A DNA stretch of 64,000 nt from Thermoplasmatales archaeon I-plasma (GTDB taxonomy: Archaea; Thermoplasmatota; Thermoplasmata; Thermoplasmatales; GCA-001856825). The notes beneath the pieces are model-generated. The model was given only the letters and a program-made list of their open reading frames with translations, had not been told where the DNA came from and ran no database searches. Of this stretch, positions 45,766-55,096 are shown one piece after another. Both the position numbers and the translations under genes were made by a program. The stretch's first letter is position 1. Each line of letters starts with the position of its first letter. The DNA lies in the NCBI GenBank assembly GCA_001856825.1, contig ATMD01000004.1, forward strand, positions 426,568 through 490,567, given 5' to 3'.

Positions 45766-45826
45766 ATGACTGACATGTGGATACATGAAGCTTCTCTGTT
45801 CCAGTATTTTCTTACCCAATTGGGTA

Positions 45827-45898
45827 AGGGTAGGTGGGGATTCGAACCCCAATAGTCGGGATCTGCAGTCCCGTGCATAGCCGCTCTGCCACCTACCC
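45827..45898 (-). tRNA. tRNA-Cys (anticodon GCA)
   Basis: Reverse strand: GGGTAGG TG GCAG AGCGGCT ATGC A CGGGA CTGCAGA TCCCG ACTAT TGGGG TTCGAAT CCCCA CCTACCC T. It has a 7-bp acceptor stem, anticodon loop CT-GCA-GA, a canonical T-arm and the U73 discriminator expected for tRNA-Cys. There is a G13.A22-type mismatch. No encoded CCA. Confidence 0.9.
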
Positions 45899-46972
45899 AG
45901 CTTTTTCTTTATCAACTTCAGAGTAATTGATTTTACTGAACCTCTTTGCAATGGTCCTTGCCTTCTCCCTATCGTTCCTGACCATTTCCATGAATCTCTG
46001 CATGAAGTCCAAATTGTGGACTGTAACTAGGTACTGGAATGAGGGGTCCTCATTCTTGTATAATTCCCTCAGCTTCGTCCTGTTATAGTAAGTGCACGTT
46101 TCGCATGAACAATTTTTCTCGATCGGACCAAAGTCTGAGGAGTGCTTGGCGTTCTTCAAGTTAACAGGTCCGTCATTAGTCAGTGCGAATCCATGCCGTG
46201 CATTCCTCGTAGGGTAAGTGGAATCGAATATCCCAACCCCCAGTTCTGAATATTCTACTATTGAAATCGGGTCACCTACACCCATCAGATAGATAGGATA
46301 TTCCCTGGGAATGAGAGGGGCAGTCTTTGTCAGCACCAGGTCAGTCAGTTCCTTGGGCTCTCCTATTTTCAGCCCTCCTATTGCAAATCCATCGAACTCT
46401 AGTGAGAGCATGAGCGCTGCGCTCTTCTTTCTCAACTCATATTCAAAGCCACCTTGGATAATCCCGAACCGTTTCTGCCCCGCCTGCTTTAGCATAGAAA
46501 ATGTCTTCCCCCACTCATAAGTCCTCCTCACAGATATGGAGAATCTTTTTTCTTCTGCACCGTACGGGGGACAATCGTCTAGCATCATCGCTACGTCTGA
46601 TTTTATCTTCGCCTGAATTTCAGAGCTCACCTCTGGAGTCACCCTGACTGCCTTTCCTGATTTCCTATCCTTGAATATGATGCCTTCGTTGTCTACCTTT
46701 ACCAATTCCTCTCTCAGTATCTGGAAACCCCCGGAATCTGTGAAGTAGCTCCCGTTGAATCCGGTATAGCCGTTGATCCCGTCTGATCTCTCAATGATTT
46801 CCATCCCGGGTGATATGGTCAGGTGGACTGAGTTTGAAATGAGTGCCTTTATTCCCATCTTGTTGATTTTCTGCATTGGCACTGCCTTAACAAAGCCTCT
46901 CGTAGCCACGGGTAGAAATACTGGTAGCTCAATCCTTCCCCGCGATAGATTTAACTCTGCATTTAATTGCAC
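45893..46972 (-). CDS. tgtA: tRNA-guanine transglycosylase family, catalytic (TIM-barrel) domain only (archaeosine TGT-like, no C-terminal PUA region)
   Basis: 359 aa. VFLPVAT, TDSGGFQIL, LMGVGDP, and the zinc site CSCETCTYY...VHN. The stop codon TAG (45893-45895) lies inside the first 6 nt of tRNA-Cys. Confidence 0.85.
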   Translation of the reverse strand: MQLNAELNLSRGRIELPVFLPVATRGFVKAVPMQKINKMGIKALISNSVHLTISPGMEIIERSDGINGYTGFNGSYFTDSGGFQILREELVKVDNEGIIFKDRKSGKAVRVTPEVSSEIQAKIKSDVAMMLDDCPPYGAEEKRFSISVRRTYEWGKTFSMLKQAGQKRFGIIQGGFEYELRKKSAALMLSLEFDGFAIGGLKIGEPKELTDLVLTKTAPLIPREYPIYLMGVGDPISIVEYSELGVGIFDSTYPTRNARHGFALTNDGPVNLKNAKHSSDFGPIEKNCSCETCTYYNRTKLRELYKNEDPSFQYLVTVHNLDFMQRFMEMVRNDREKARTIAKRFSKINYSEVDKEKAG

Positions 46973-47003
46973 TCAATCATTATCCGCACTTGATAAAATA
47001 CCT

Positions 47004-47543
47004 TTACATTTTGGATTGTTCAGAGTAGCATCTTTCACAATAGTAGTTTCCCGCCTTATAAATGAGATTGTCCGAGAACTCGTTGCATGAATCGCAGATC
47101 CCGTGGATGCCCTTGATTATTCCCTGATTTTTATTGTCCAGGATGCCCCTTGTTATTTCTATCAATCCCGGCGATATTCTTACTATGTCGTTCTCCGTCA
47201 ATATCCCAACTATTTCTCTGTTCATCACCACTGGCAGCCTTCTTATTTTCCTCTTCCACATCATTTCTGCTGCGGTTTCCAGCGGACTATCTCCCTCTAC
47301 GTGAATGAGCGGTGAACTCATTATGTCCTTGAGTTTCCTCTCTCCGGGAGAAAGGCCGGCTGCGGCAATTTTCGTGACTATGTCTCTCTCAGTGACAATT
47401 CCAACAATTTTTCCATCTTCTTCAATGAGCAGAGAGCTGATGCCCTTCAGAGCCATCATCCTTGCCCCTTCTTCAGCAGACAGCAAGGCGTCCACTTTTA
47501 TTGGATTCCTTGACATCACTTCAGATACCTTTATGAAACTCAT
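47004..47543 (-). CDS. CBS-domain pair protein with C-terminal zinc ribbon
   Basis: Two CBS repeats (VSEVMSRNPIKV...GIVTERDIV / IMSSPLIHV...GILTENDIV) followed by CDSCNEFSDNLIYKAGNYYCERC. Confidence 0.85.
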   Translation of the reverse strand: MSFIKVSEVMSRNPIKVDALLSAEEGARMMALKGISSLLIEEDGKIVGIVTERDIVTKIAAAGLSPGERKLKDIMSSPLIHVEGDSPLETAAEMMWKRKIRRLPVVMNREIVGILTENDIVRISPGLIEITRGILDNKNQGIIKGIHGICDSCNEFSDNLIYKAGNYYCERCYSEQSKM

Positions 47544-47794
47544 AAATTCACCTCCAGGATATCCTTGCTACCCTCTACTATCTTGAAAGGTCTCTTGACT
47601 TTCAGTATATTTTCAATTACTTCAATCCTTTTAGACATGTAGACTCTCAACTTTTGCGGGTCCCCCTTTCCGATCTTCAACATCGTATTGGCATCGCCAT
47701 ATAGGTAGGCCTCCATCTTTATCTTGAATGATATATCTGTGTCTAGACCATTTAGGTCTACCTTCCTCATGCTTGTAATAACAACTTGTTGCAA
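47540..47794 (-). CDS. Hypothetical small protein
   Basis: 84 aa. A 4-nt overlap with the downstream CBS gene suggests translational coupling. No family recognised. Confidence 0.5.
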   Translation of the reverse strand: MQQVVITSMRKVDLNGLDTDISFKIKMEAYLYGDANTMLKIGKGDPQKLRVYMSKRIEVIENILKVKRPFKIVEGSKDILEVNL

Positions 47795-47853
47795 TAATAG
47801 TTTTCCTAAATACCATGGAAAGATTTTATTTTAAGTTTTATTATTAAAATGAG

Positions 47854-48696
47854 ATGCTCTATCTTGGATGTTCAGGATTCCAGTATGAAGACTGGAAAGA
47901 GACATTCTACCCAAAGGGGATGGAGGAAAACAGATTCCTTCTGTACTATTATAAATTCTTCAATTCAGTGGAGATAGATTCAACGTATTACTCGTTCCCT
48001 GGCGAGAAGACAGTGAACTCATGGATATCAAAACTTCAGGGGAAGGAGGATTTTCTCTATTCTTTGAAATTTCCAAGGGAGGTGACCCATGATCCAGCCG
48101 GCATCACGGAGAAGTCCATAGAAACAGCAAGGGAGTTTATAAGGAAGGTCGTGTCACCAATTGACCATTCGGGGAGACTTGGCTCTGGGCTAGTACAACT
48201 TTCTCCATTTCTCGATCCTCTTAAGGATGAACACTTGCTGGGGAAAATGGAGGATCTGTTCGCTGCAATATACTCAGACTACAGGATAGCAGTTGAGATC
48301 AGGAACAGGAACTTCCTTGATGCAAAGGTGTTGCCTGGTTTTATTGATATGCTCAGGAAATTCAACGTAGCTCTTGTCAGCGTTGATTCCCCCGGCCTTC
48401 CCTACTTCTACCACCAAACTGCAAACTTCTCCTACGTAAGGTTCCATGGACGAAACTATGATCTTTGGTATGGCAAGGGGGACCTCAAGGGGAGGCTCAA
48501 CAAATATGACTACCTATATTCCCCAGAAGAGCTTAGACCCTGGGTTGACAGGATAAGAGAGATGGGCGATGAAGTGTTCATTTACTTCAACAATCACGCC
48601 CAGGCAAAATCGGCGATAAATGCGTCTGAATTCCAGAAATACATGGGCATCAAGATCGTCAGAAAGGAAACGCAGACAAACCTGAATGCATTTTAA
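47854..48696 (+). CDS. DUF72 (UPF0759) family protein
   Basis: LYLGCSGFQYEDWKETFYP, EIDSTYY, VEIRN and VRFHGRN are characteristic DUF72 blocks. Confidence 0.85.
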   Translation: MLYLGCSGFQYEDWKETFYPKGMEENRFLLYYYKFFNSVEIDSTYYSFPGEKTVNSWISKLQGKEDFLYSLKFPREVTHDPAGITEKSIETAREFIRKVVSPIDHSGRLGSGLVQLSPFLDPLKDEHLLGKMEDLFAAIYSDYRIAVEIRNRNFLDAKVLPGFIDMLRKFNVALVSVDSPGLPYFYHQTANFSYVRFHGRNYDLWYGKGDLKGRLNKYDYLYSPEELRPWVDRIREMGDEVFIYFNNHAQAKSAINASEFQKYMGIKIVRKETQTNLNAF

Positions 48697-48719
48697 CAAC
48701 ATATGATTATCCAGATGTA

Positions 48720-50318
48720 ATGAAACCGTTCCAGAAGTTCGATGCAATCGCAAGAGAGAAGATAGATTCCTATCTTTCAGCCCATTCCCTTGAGAGGAAC
48801 TACAGGTCATACAGACCTCAGAAGGACTTTGGTGATTTATCATTTGATTTCCAGAGAAGTGGGTTCAATATCAACCAGGAAGAGATAGCTGGCCTGAGCG
48901 ATAAATATGTGACTTTCAAACCTGTTGGAAAGTTTGTAAATGCAATCTACGATCGCCAGGAATTCTCAAAGACAGCTCTTGAGGAGGGGATGAACGGCAA
49001 TCTATTCAAGTTTGATAAGAAGGGGGAGAGCATTCTGGTGGAACATACAAGTGCTAACCCGACCGGCCCGCTCCATATAGGAAGGGTCAGGAATTCAATC
49101 ATAGGAGATACATTGTCGAGGATACTTTCAAAATACGGATATACAGTTACGACGGAGTATTACGTAAACGACATTGGGACGCAGGTGGAAGCACTCCTGA
49201 TTGGGACGGAGAAGTTCGGGAGCGAGAACTATACTGAGTCATATCGTAAGGTGTATGAGGATTTTGATACATACAAGGCAAAAGTTGAAGAATACATGGT
49301 GAGGGCTGAATCTGGGGACACTGAGTTCCTCAAGAGCTCAAAAGAGAAACTTGAAATATTCCTTAATGACGTCCTGACTGACCTCAAGAGACTCTCGATC
49401 ACCTTTGACACCTTTGTCTGGGAAAGTGAGTTCATTCTTAACGGTGGCGTGAGGGATATCATTGCAAGGCTGGCTCCTCTCCTAAAGGACGATGGCGGCG
49501 CCAAGTATCTTGAATCAGGAAAGGACAAGATGTACCTCATAAGATCAAACGGCACTTCCGTATACTTCACCAGGGACATAGCCCATCACCTGAGGAAGTC
49601 AACGCAGTATGACCGCTGCATAACCGTCCTTGGGGAGGACCACAAGTCATATTTCAAGAAAATAGATTATGCAATGGAAATACTTAACGTGCACAACGTC
49701 AGCGCCATCTTCTATTCTTATATTTCCACCAAGGAAGGAAAGATGAGCACGAGAAGGGGCAATGTGGTCTATGTCAGAGACTTCATAGATGAAGCCATCG
49801 ATAGGGCGAGGGAAGAGATCATGAAAAGGAGGAATGACCTGTCTGAAGAAGAAATAAGTGAAATTTCGAACAAGATAGGTGTTGCTGCCGTAAGGTACCA
49901 CATCATCAAGTATTCCCCAGACAAGCCAGTGACATTTGACTGGGAAGAGGCATTGAATTTTGATGGGGATGCTGCCCCTTTTGTAATGTATTCCTATGCA
50001 AGGGCAAGATCAATACTATCCAAGTCCGAAGAGGACTCTGAGATCATCTGGGAATTCGACGAGCCTGAAAGTGAACTCATGAAGAAGATATCCCTGTTCC
50101 CGGAAGTGGTGGAAGATGCCATGAAACATTCCCGTCCTGACAAGATAGCTAGATACTCATACGAACTTGCAGGTGCATTCAATCAGTTCTACAGGGACTG
50201 CCCGGTTTTAGATAGCGGTAAGAGCCTCCAGAGGAGAATTGAGATAGTAAGGATATTCGCAAGAACGATGGAAGAATTGTTTCAGATGCTTGGTATACAA
50301 GCATCCGATAAAATATAA
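48720..50318 (+). CDS. argS: Arginine--tRNA ligase
   Basis: HTSANPTGPLHIGRVRNS (HIGH region), MSTRRG (KMSKS-equivalent of ArgRS), and a C-terminal DALR anticodon-binding region (..RYSYELAGAFNQFY..). Confidence 0.9.
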   Translation: MKPFQKFDAIAREKIDSYLSAHSLERNYRSYRPQKDFGDLSFDFQRSGFNINQEEIAGLSDKYVTFKPVGKFVNAIYDRQEFSKTALEEGMNGNLFKFDKKGESILVEHTSANPTGPLHIGRVRNSIIGDTLSRILSKYGYTVTTEYYVNDIGTQVEALLIGTEKFGSENYTESYRKVYEDFDTYKAKVEEYMVRAESGDTEFLKSSKEKLEIFLNDVLTDLKRLSITFDTFVWESEFILNGGVRDIIARLAPLLKDDGGAKYLESGKDKMYLIRSNGTSVYFTRDIAHHLRKSTQYDRCITVLGEDHKSYFKKIDYAMEILNVHNVSAIFYSYISTKEGKMSTRRGNVVYVRDFIDEAIDRAREEIMKRRNDLSEEEISEISNKIGVAAVRYHIIKYSPDKPVTFDWEEALNFDGDAAPFVMYSYARARSILSKSEEDSEIIWEFDEPESELMKKISLFPEVVEDAMKHSRPDKIARYSYELAGAFNQFYRDCPVLDSGKSLQRRIEIVRIFARTMEELFQMLGIQASDKI

Positions 50319-50329
50319 AAAAATAAAAT

Positions 50330-53221
50330 TTAGACTTTCAGTTGTTTCTTGGGTGGTTTCTGGTCCTTTGGTCTCTTTCTTCTTACCGTGACGTCATAGT
50401 ATATGAACGAAAGTATTCCAATAGCAACCACTATTCCGCCAACGAGTGCCGGAAGTTTCCAGGCAGCCTGTGCAATTGAAACTGCCTTGGTAACTGATGC
50501 GTTTGTGTTGAAGAATGTCGGTTCATTTACTGCATGCACTGTTATGATCATGGAGTATGTTCCAGAATTGGGTGGTACGAATGTGATCGATGCATTGTAA
50601 GATTGGTTAGAAGAAAGATTCGAGAATGTCTGGTTCTTGATTACCTTACCGCCTATGTTTATTGTCACATAATATGTTGATGCCGTCTCCAATCCAACAT
50701 TCTTAAGGTTAAGCTTCAGTGTAGAAGAGGAACCTTCAACGTAACTCTTTGGATACGTAACGTTCATGATCTCTATTTCAGGGCCAACCGCATTAACGCT
50801 GAGACTCTGTGTATTGGAATTTGTGTTGTTAGACTGGTCCGTAGCCTTTAGCTTTATCTCAAATGTACCGTACTCCAAGAATGCAACTGTAAGGGTTGAG
50901 TTATTAGATGAGGCGCTGTATACTTTGTAATCCACGTTCTGCTTTGCAACAGTACCGTTCTGGAAGCTGAAATACCATACATATGATACTATGTGGCCCC
51001 CGTTTGGTGCTATTGTCTTAGAAGCATTTAGAGTTACATTCTGTCCCTGATTGGTGGAAGTTATCACATTGCCAGTAGTTACGTTGTATATTTGGAAGAA
51101 CACAACTGGAGGCGTTGTATCGTTGACGTGTATGACTATGCTAACGTTGAAACTGTTTCCAACTCCATTCATTACCGTTGCATATGCATGTTCCACCGCT
51201 CCATTAAAGGTGGGGGTCTGGAAGGAATAAGATACGTTTGTTCCTGTTTCTGACGTACCTGCAATGTCCCAGGTCACCGAAATGGGTATGCCCGTTGACT
51301 GGCCGTTTGGAAGGAGGTCCTTGGAATTTATGGAGTTGAAATATACTGTCACTGTCTGGTTCACGTAAAGCACGTACTGTGCAGACGAAGATGTTGTCTC
51401 GTTGAGTCTTAGCTTTCCGTTTTGCAATACTCGCAGGTTGAATTGAGGATTCAATGAGTCTCCAATTATGGTGAAATTTGTCTGGTTTGTTACACCGCTT
51501 GAGCTCTTAACACTAAGAGATACTGGATAGGAACCGCTGGTGAAGTTGTATGAAATATTATATCCATACATGACAGAACCTCCAATACTCCACGTGAAAT
51601 TCATGCTCTGGTAGTTGTCCATCCCCAGAACTGGGTCGTATGGTACCTTGCTGGCGTTTATGTTTACCATCTTTCCAACTGGCACTAGCAGAGTGAAATT
51701 AGATGATGTGTTAGAGGAAATTGTTGACTCGAACCAGCCGCTCCAGGTTGCTGATATTTGGCTCATTTTCAGGAGCGGTTTCTGCTGCGGAGCTATATTT
51801 ATTGTCAGGAATCCGTTGATGCTGCTGTTTGTTATCGTGATGACACCAGAATACCCTGAGACAGTTGCAATGCTGGAGCTGACAATGTTAGCCCTCTGAT
51901 ATGGCGCAGGTATGCTCAGTTGAGTGATGTACGTAAGTGCTGTTGTGTTGTTGTCGTTCTCATTTAGATAAATCCTGATGCTGCTGTAGCTTTGCGCTTT
52001 CACTTTGGACTGATAGTATGAGGCTGTGTAGCTAAACTTGTATGTACCTGCAGTCTCGGAGAATGTCGTATGAGCGCCTGTTGAGTTATACGAGTAATTG
52101 TTGTACAGTACCGTGTTTGCCGTTGTGTATGGTACTGTAACGTTAAGAATGGCCCAAAGCTCGTTTGTTGATAGCCCGTCCAGCATCATTTGCTCATAAA
52201 GAGAACCAGCATTCGAGTTTGGAAGGAATGGAAGAGTTGTTGCGTTTGTCAGCGTTATACCGCCTGAAACGGTGACATTCTGGAAACCCGTACCGAATGA
52301 TACCATTTCGGTCTGCGTGACGATTGAAGGAGTCAGGACTACTGTCTGGAAGAGAGAAATTGTACCAGTGGTAACAGTCGTGGTATATGGAAGATAACCT
52401 GGTGACGAAATTATGAGACTGTATGTTCCAGGCGAAAGAGATAGGTAATAATATCCATTTGTGAATTGATCTGCACCCAGTAGAACTCCACTTTGATATA
52501 TTGACACCTCAACCCTGTTTACTGATGATCCGCTGGACGAAGTAACTACCCCTTGTACATTGTCAAGTGATGACACATTGGCAACAACGCTGTTGTTAGT
52601 CTTGCTTGCTGATATATTAAGGGATTCAGAGTAGAACGCCTTTGAAGTGGAATTGTAAGCAATGGTAAGTGTTTGCGGACCGGGTATGCTCATAACAGCA
52701 TATCCTGAGTTGGGATTTGAGGCATTGACCCTTGACGCAGGCATTTCAAACCCATTGGGAAGAGTCAGGTAAACTGAGGTCACCTGGGCTGCTGAAATTC
52801 CCTTTACGGTAACATATACGTGGGAAGAAGCCTCTGAATAACCCACATTCAGCGTGCTCAGAACAGAACTTCCAGAGTATACTGTTCCGTTGCTCTTCAC
52901 ACTTATAGTTGCATGTGCTGAATCATAAACTATCAACGAAGATGACACGTACTGACTTGGAACGTAAATTATGTAGCTTCCGGGATATACCGAAAATCCT
53001 ACAGTGGGGCCTGACGTGCTTGTAGCAAGAACGACTCCATTTGAACTCTCCAGTTCCACATTCACTCCAGTTGCTGGGGAGATTCCGTTCCCCAGGACCG
53101 TAAAACTAAACGATACCTTATTTACTCCTTGCACTTGGCCGAGCGCTGCTCCGAAGAGTCCTCCCATCACCATTATGGTGATGATTAACAGAGCTGCTAT
53201 TTTTCCAGATTTCTTAAGCAT
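50330..53221 (-). CDS. Large cell-surface (S-layer-like) glycoprotein candidate with PKD/CARDB-like beta-sandwich repeats and C-terminal TM anchor
   Basis: 963 aa. Signal peptide MLKKSGKIAALLIITIMVMGGLFGAALGQVQG. Ser/Thr/Asn/Val-rich with very many N-x-S/T sequons. PKD-like segments (FTWSIGGSVMYGYNISYNFTSGSYPVSLSV; VTWDIAGTSETGTNVSYSF). C-terminal TM + RRKRPKDQKPPKKQLKV. Upstream TATA-like aattataatt and an SD-like gggggt precede the ATG. Confidence 0.8.
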   Translation of the reverse strand: MLKKSGKIAALLIITIMVMGGLFGAALGQVQGVNKVSFSFTVLGNGISPATGVNVELESSNGVVLATSTSGPTVGFSVYPGSYIIYVPSQYVSSSLIVYDSAHATISVKSNGTVYSGSSVLSTLNVGYSEASSHVYVTVKGISAAQVTSVYLTLPNGFEMPASRVNASNPNSGYAVMSIPGPQTLTIAYNSTSKAFYSESLNISASKTNNSVVANVSSLDNVQGVVTSSSGSSVNRVEVSIYQSGVLLGADQFTNGYYYLSLSPGTYSLIISSPGYLPYTTTVTTGTISLFQTVVLTPSIVTQTEMVSFGTGFQNVTVSGGITLTNATTLPFLPNSNAGSLYEQMMLDGLSTNELWAILNVTVPYTTANTVLYNNYSYNSTGAHTTFSETAGTYKFSYTASYYQSKVKAQSYSSIRIYLNENDNNTTALTYITQLSIPAPYQRANIVSSSIATVSGYSGVITITNSSINGFLTINIAPQQKPLLKMSQISATWSGWFESTISSNTSSNFTLLVPVGKMVNINASKVPYDPVLGMDNYQSMNFTWSIGGSVMYGYNISYNFTSGSYPVSLSVKSSSGVTNQTNFTIIGDSLNPQFNLRVLQNGKLRLNETTSSSAQYVLYVNQTVTVYFNSINSKDLLPNGQSTGIPISVTWDIAGTSETGTNVSYSFQTPTFNGAVEHAYATVMNGVGNSFNVSIVIHVNDTTPPVVFFQIYNVTTGNVITSTNQGQNVTLNASKTIAPNGGHIVSYVWYFSFQNGTVAKQNVDYKVYSASSNNSTLTVAFLEYGTFEIKLKATDQSNNTNSNTQSLSVNAVGPEIEIMNVTYPKSYVEGSSSTLKLNLKNVGLETASTYYVTINIGGKVIKNQTFSNLSSNQSYNASITFVPPNSGTYSMIITVHAVNEPTFFNTNASVTKAVSIAQAAWKLPALVGGIVVAIGILSFIYYDVTVRRKRPKDQKPPKKQLKV

Positions 53222-53596
53222 CTTGGTATTACCCCCTAAAGATGTCTGGTAATTATAATTACTATTAAACAGTTGTTATGATTTTTCCTTGCTGGAAAAT
53301 TTATATTTGATGTTAATTATGTTTTAGTTCGTAAATATATCAAAACAGTTTTGAAACGTACAATTTGCACTTTCTATAGTGCTCGGACATTTTAGATCTT
53401 ATTCTCGGCAATCTTTACTGAGAATATCTTTCCTTTATTTTTGAAATCAAATGTATGAAGAAGACTTCACTGATCTTTCGAAGGAAACTGAAATGAACAA
53501 CTCATTGCGAAACTTGCCAGCTCGTTTCAAAGTGAAGATTTTTCCTTCTCGTCGAAATACATTGTGGATTGTGCACCAATTTTCTATCCGTTTGTT

Positions 53597-54544
53597 TCAT
53601 GAACCTTTAGATTTTAAATCCACATTCCTTTCCTCTGCTTCCACATAAATTCTGTCAACGAATGGAATCAATGATTTTATCGATATCTCAATCTCATCAA
53701 TTGCCCTCTCAATATCGCTGGTGCTGAGTCCGTCGTTGAAGTTGAGGTCCATGGCCAGGAGGATCTTTTCAGGACCCTCGTAGATTGCTTTAATGTCGAG
53801 TATCTTGTTCACCGATTTGTTGGACTTCAGGATTTCCTCAATCTTCTTCTGGTCCCTCGCTGATATGCCCTCGCCTATGAGGAGGTCCTTGCTCCTCTTT
53901 GAAAGGTAAAGTCCTGAAAGCATCATTATGATGCCGATGACAATCGAGGAAGATGCATCGTACACATTGTTCCCTGTCACAAGGGAAAGGGAGATGCCCA
54001 CGAGTGCGGTCGTCACTCCGGCAATTGCGGCAGCATCCTCTGTCAAAGCCGTCAGCAGGACAGGATCCCTAAAATCCCTCATGAATGAGAACAGGTCGTG
54101 ATACCCCTGTTTTCTGTATTTGGAGATAAACAATCCAGAAGATATGTATAGCACATAGCCGTCAATCGCAAATGACATTGCAAGGACAACATATGCTGAT
54201 ATTGGTTCAGTGATCCTGTAATGAGTCGTCAGCTTTATGATACCCTCCAGGAAGGTAAGCACTCCTGAAATTCCAAAGACCAAAATGGCTGCCACGAATG
54301 ACCAGAAAAACTGTTCCCTTCCTCTTCCGAACGGAAACTTCGATGCATCCTTCTTAGTGCTCAAGTTGTACCCGATCAGGAGAAGGAACTGGTTCACAGC
54401 ATCTGAAGATGAATGGACCGCTTCTGCCAGCATCGCCGCGCTCCCGCTAATACCTGCGGCAACGTATTTCAATGCAGCTATGAATAAATCACCGAGAAGC
54501 GCCCGTATTACAACGCTTCTGGTCGTGGTCTTGACTGGAGACAT
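53597..54544 (-). CDS. Cation diffusion facilitator (CDF) family metal transporter
   Basis: 315 aa, 6 TM plus a cytoplasmic C-terminal domain. The TM2 motif is AEAVHSSSDAVNQ (HxxxD). TM5 contains Asp. Confidence 0.85.
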   Translation of the reverse strand: MSPVKTTTRSVVIRALLGDLFIAALKYVAAGISGSAAMLAEAVHSSSDAVNQFLLLIGYNLSTKKDASKFPFGRGREQFFWSFVAAILVFGISGVLTFLEGIIKLTTHYRITEPISAYVVLAMSFAIDGYVLYISSGLFISKYRKQGYHDLFSFMRDFRDPVLLTALTEDAAAIAGVTTALVGISLSLVTGNNVYDASSSIVIGIIMMLSGLYLSKRSKDLLIGEGISARDQKKIEEILKSNKSVNKILDIKAIYEGPEKILLAMDLNFNDGLSTSDIERAIDEIEISIKSLIPFVDRIYVEAEERNVDLKSKGS

Positions 54545-54602
54545 CTCAATTTTCTATAATCATGCCCCGGAAGGCCAAATACTTATTCCAAAAGTTAAGA
54601 GG

Positions 54603-54872
54603 TCAGGAGATGAGGGAAACTTCCTCGACTTCAACTTCTCCCACATCTTGGAAGGAACGTATCCTTTGCTCAACGCTGTCCACTAGTCCGCCCTCATCAC
54701 CCATTATGACGATGAGTTTCAGGACCTTTATTCCAAATGCAAGTTCTTCTATGCTGCTCTTCCCCAGTGTGTAGTTCTTGGAAAGGTCTTCTTTCAGTCC
54801 CTTTTCAATTGCTACCAAATCCTTTGTTTCATCCGACGGCATTACCTTGAAAGATACGGCTACCTTACCCAA
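54603..54872 (-). CDS. ef1b: Translation elongation factor aEF-1 beta
   Basis: 89 aa. (TTG)GKVAVSFKVMPSDE...LAFGIKVLKLIVIMGDEGG...VGEVEVEEV matches the aEF-1beta pattern. Confidence 0.9.
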   Translation of the reverse strand: MGKVAVSFKVMPSDETKDLVAIEKGLKEDLSKNYTLGKSSIEELAFGIKVLKLIVIMGDEGGLVDSVEQRIRSFQDVGEVEVEEVSLIS

Positions 54873-54874
54873 TT

Positions 54875-55048
54875 TTATGGCCCCCTAAAACCACATTTCG
54901 GGCACTGATATGTTACAGACAGTTCTCTGCAGTTGTTGCACCTGCTGATAGTCTCCTGACCGCAAGAGGGGCACTTGAATGTAGTCGCTCCCCTTTCCTG
55001 CAGACCAGTGCCGCAAGATGTACAGAACTCTAGTGCATTGACTTCCAT
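54875..55048 (-). CDS. Small zinc-ribbon protein (COG2888-type, translation-associated), 57 aa; absent from the ORF track
   Basis: Own translation: MEVNALEFCTSCGTGLQERGATTFKCPSCGQETISRCNNCRELSVTYQCPKCGFRGP*. It has four CxxC pairs and sits between infB and ef1b, as in many archaea. The track instead lists a different-frame 70-aa ORF (54885-55097). Confidence 0.8.
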   Translation of the reverse strand: MEVNALEFCTSCGTGLQERGATTFKCPSCGQETISRCNNCRELSVTYQCPKCGFRGP

Positions 55049-55096
55049 GAGGCATGCGTATAGCTTCAGGCATAAAAAGTCTATCGGCCTTATCCA

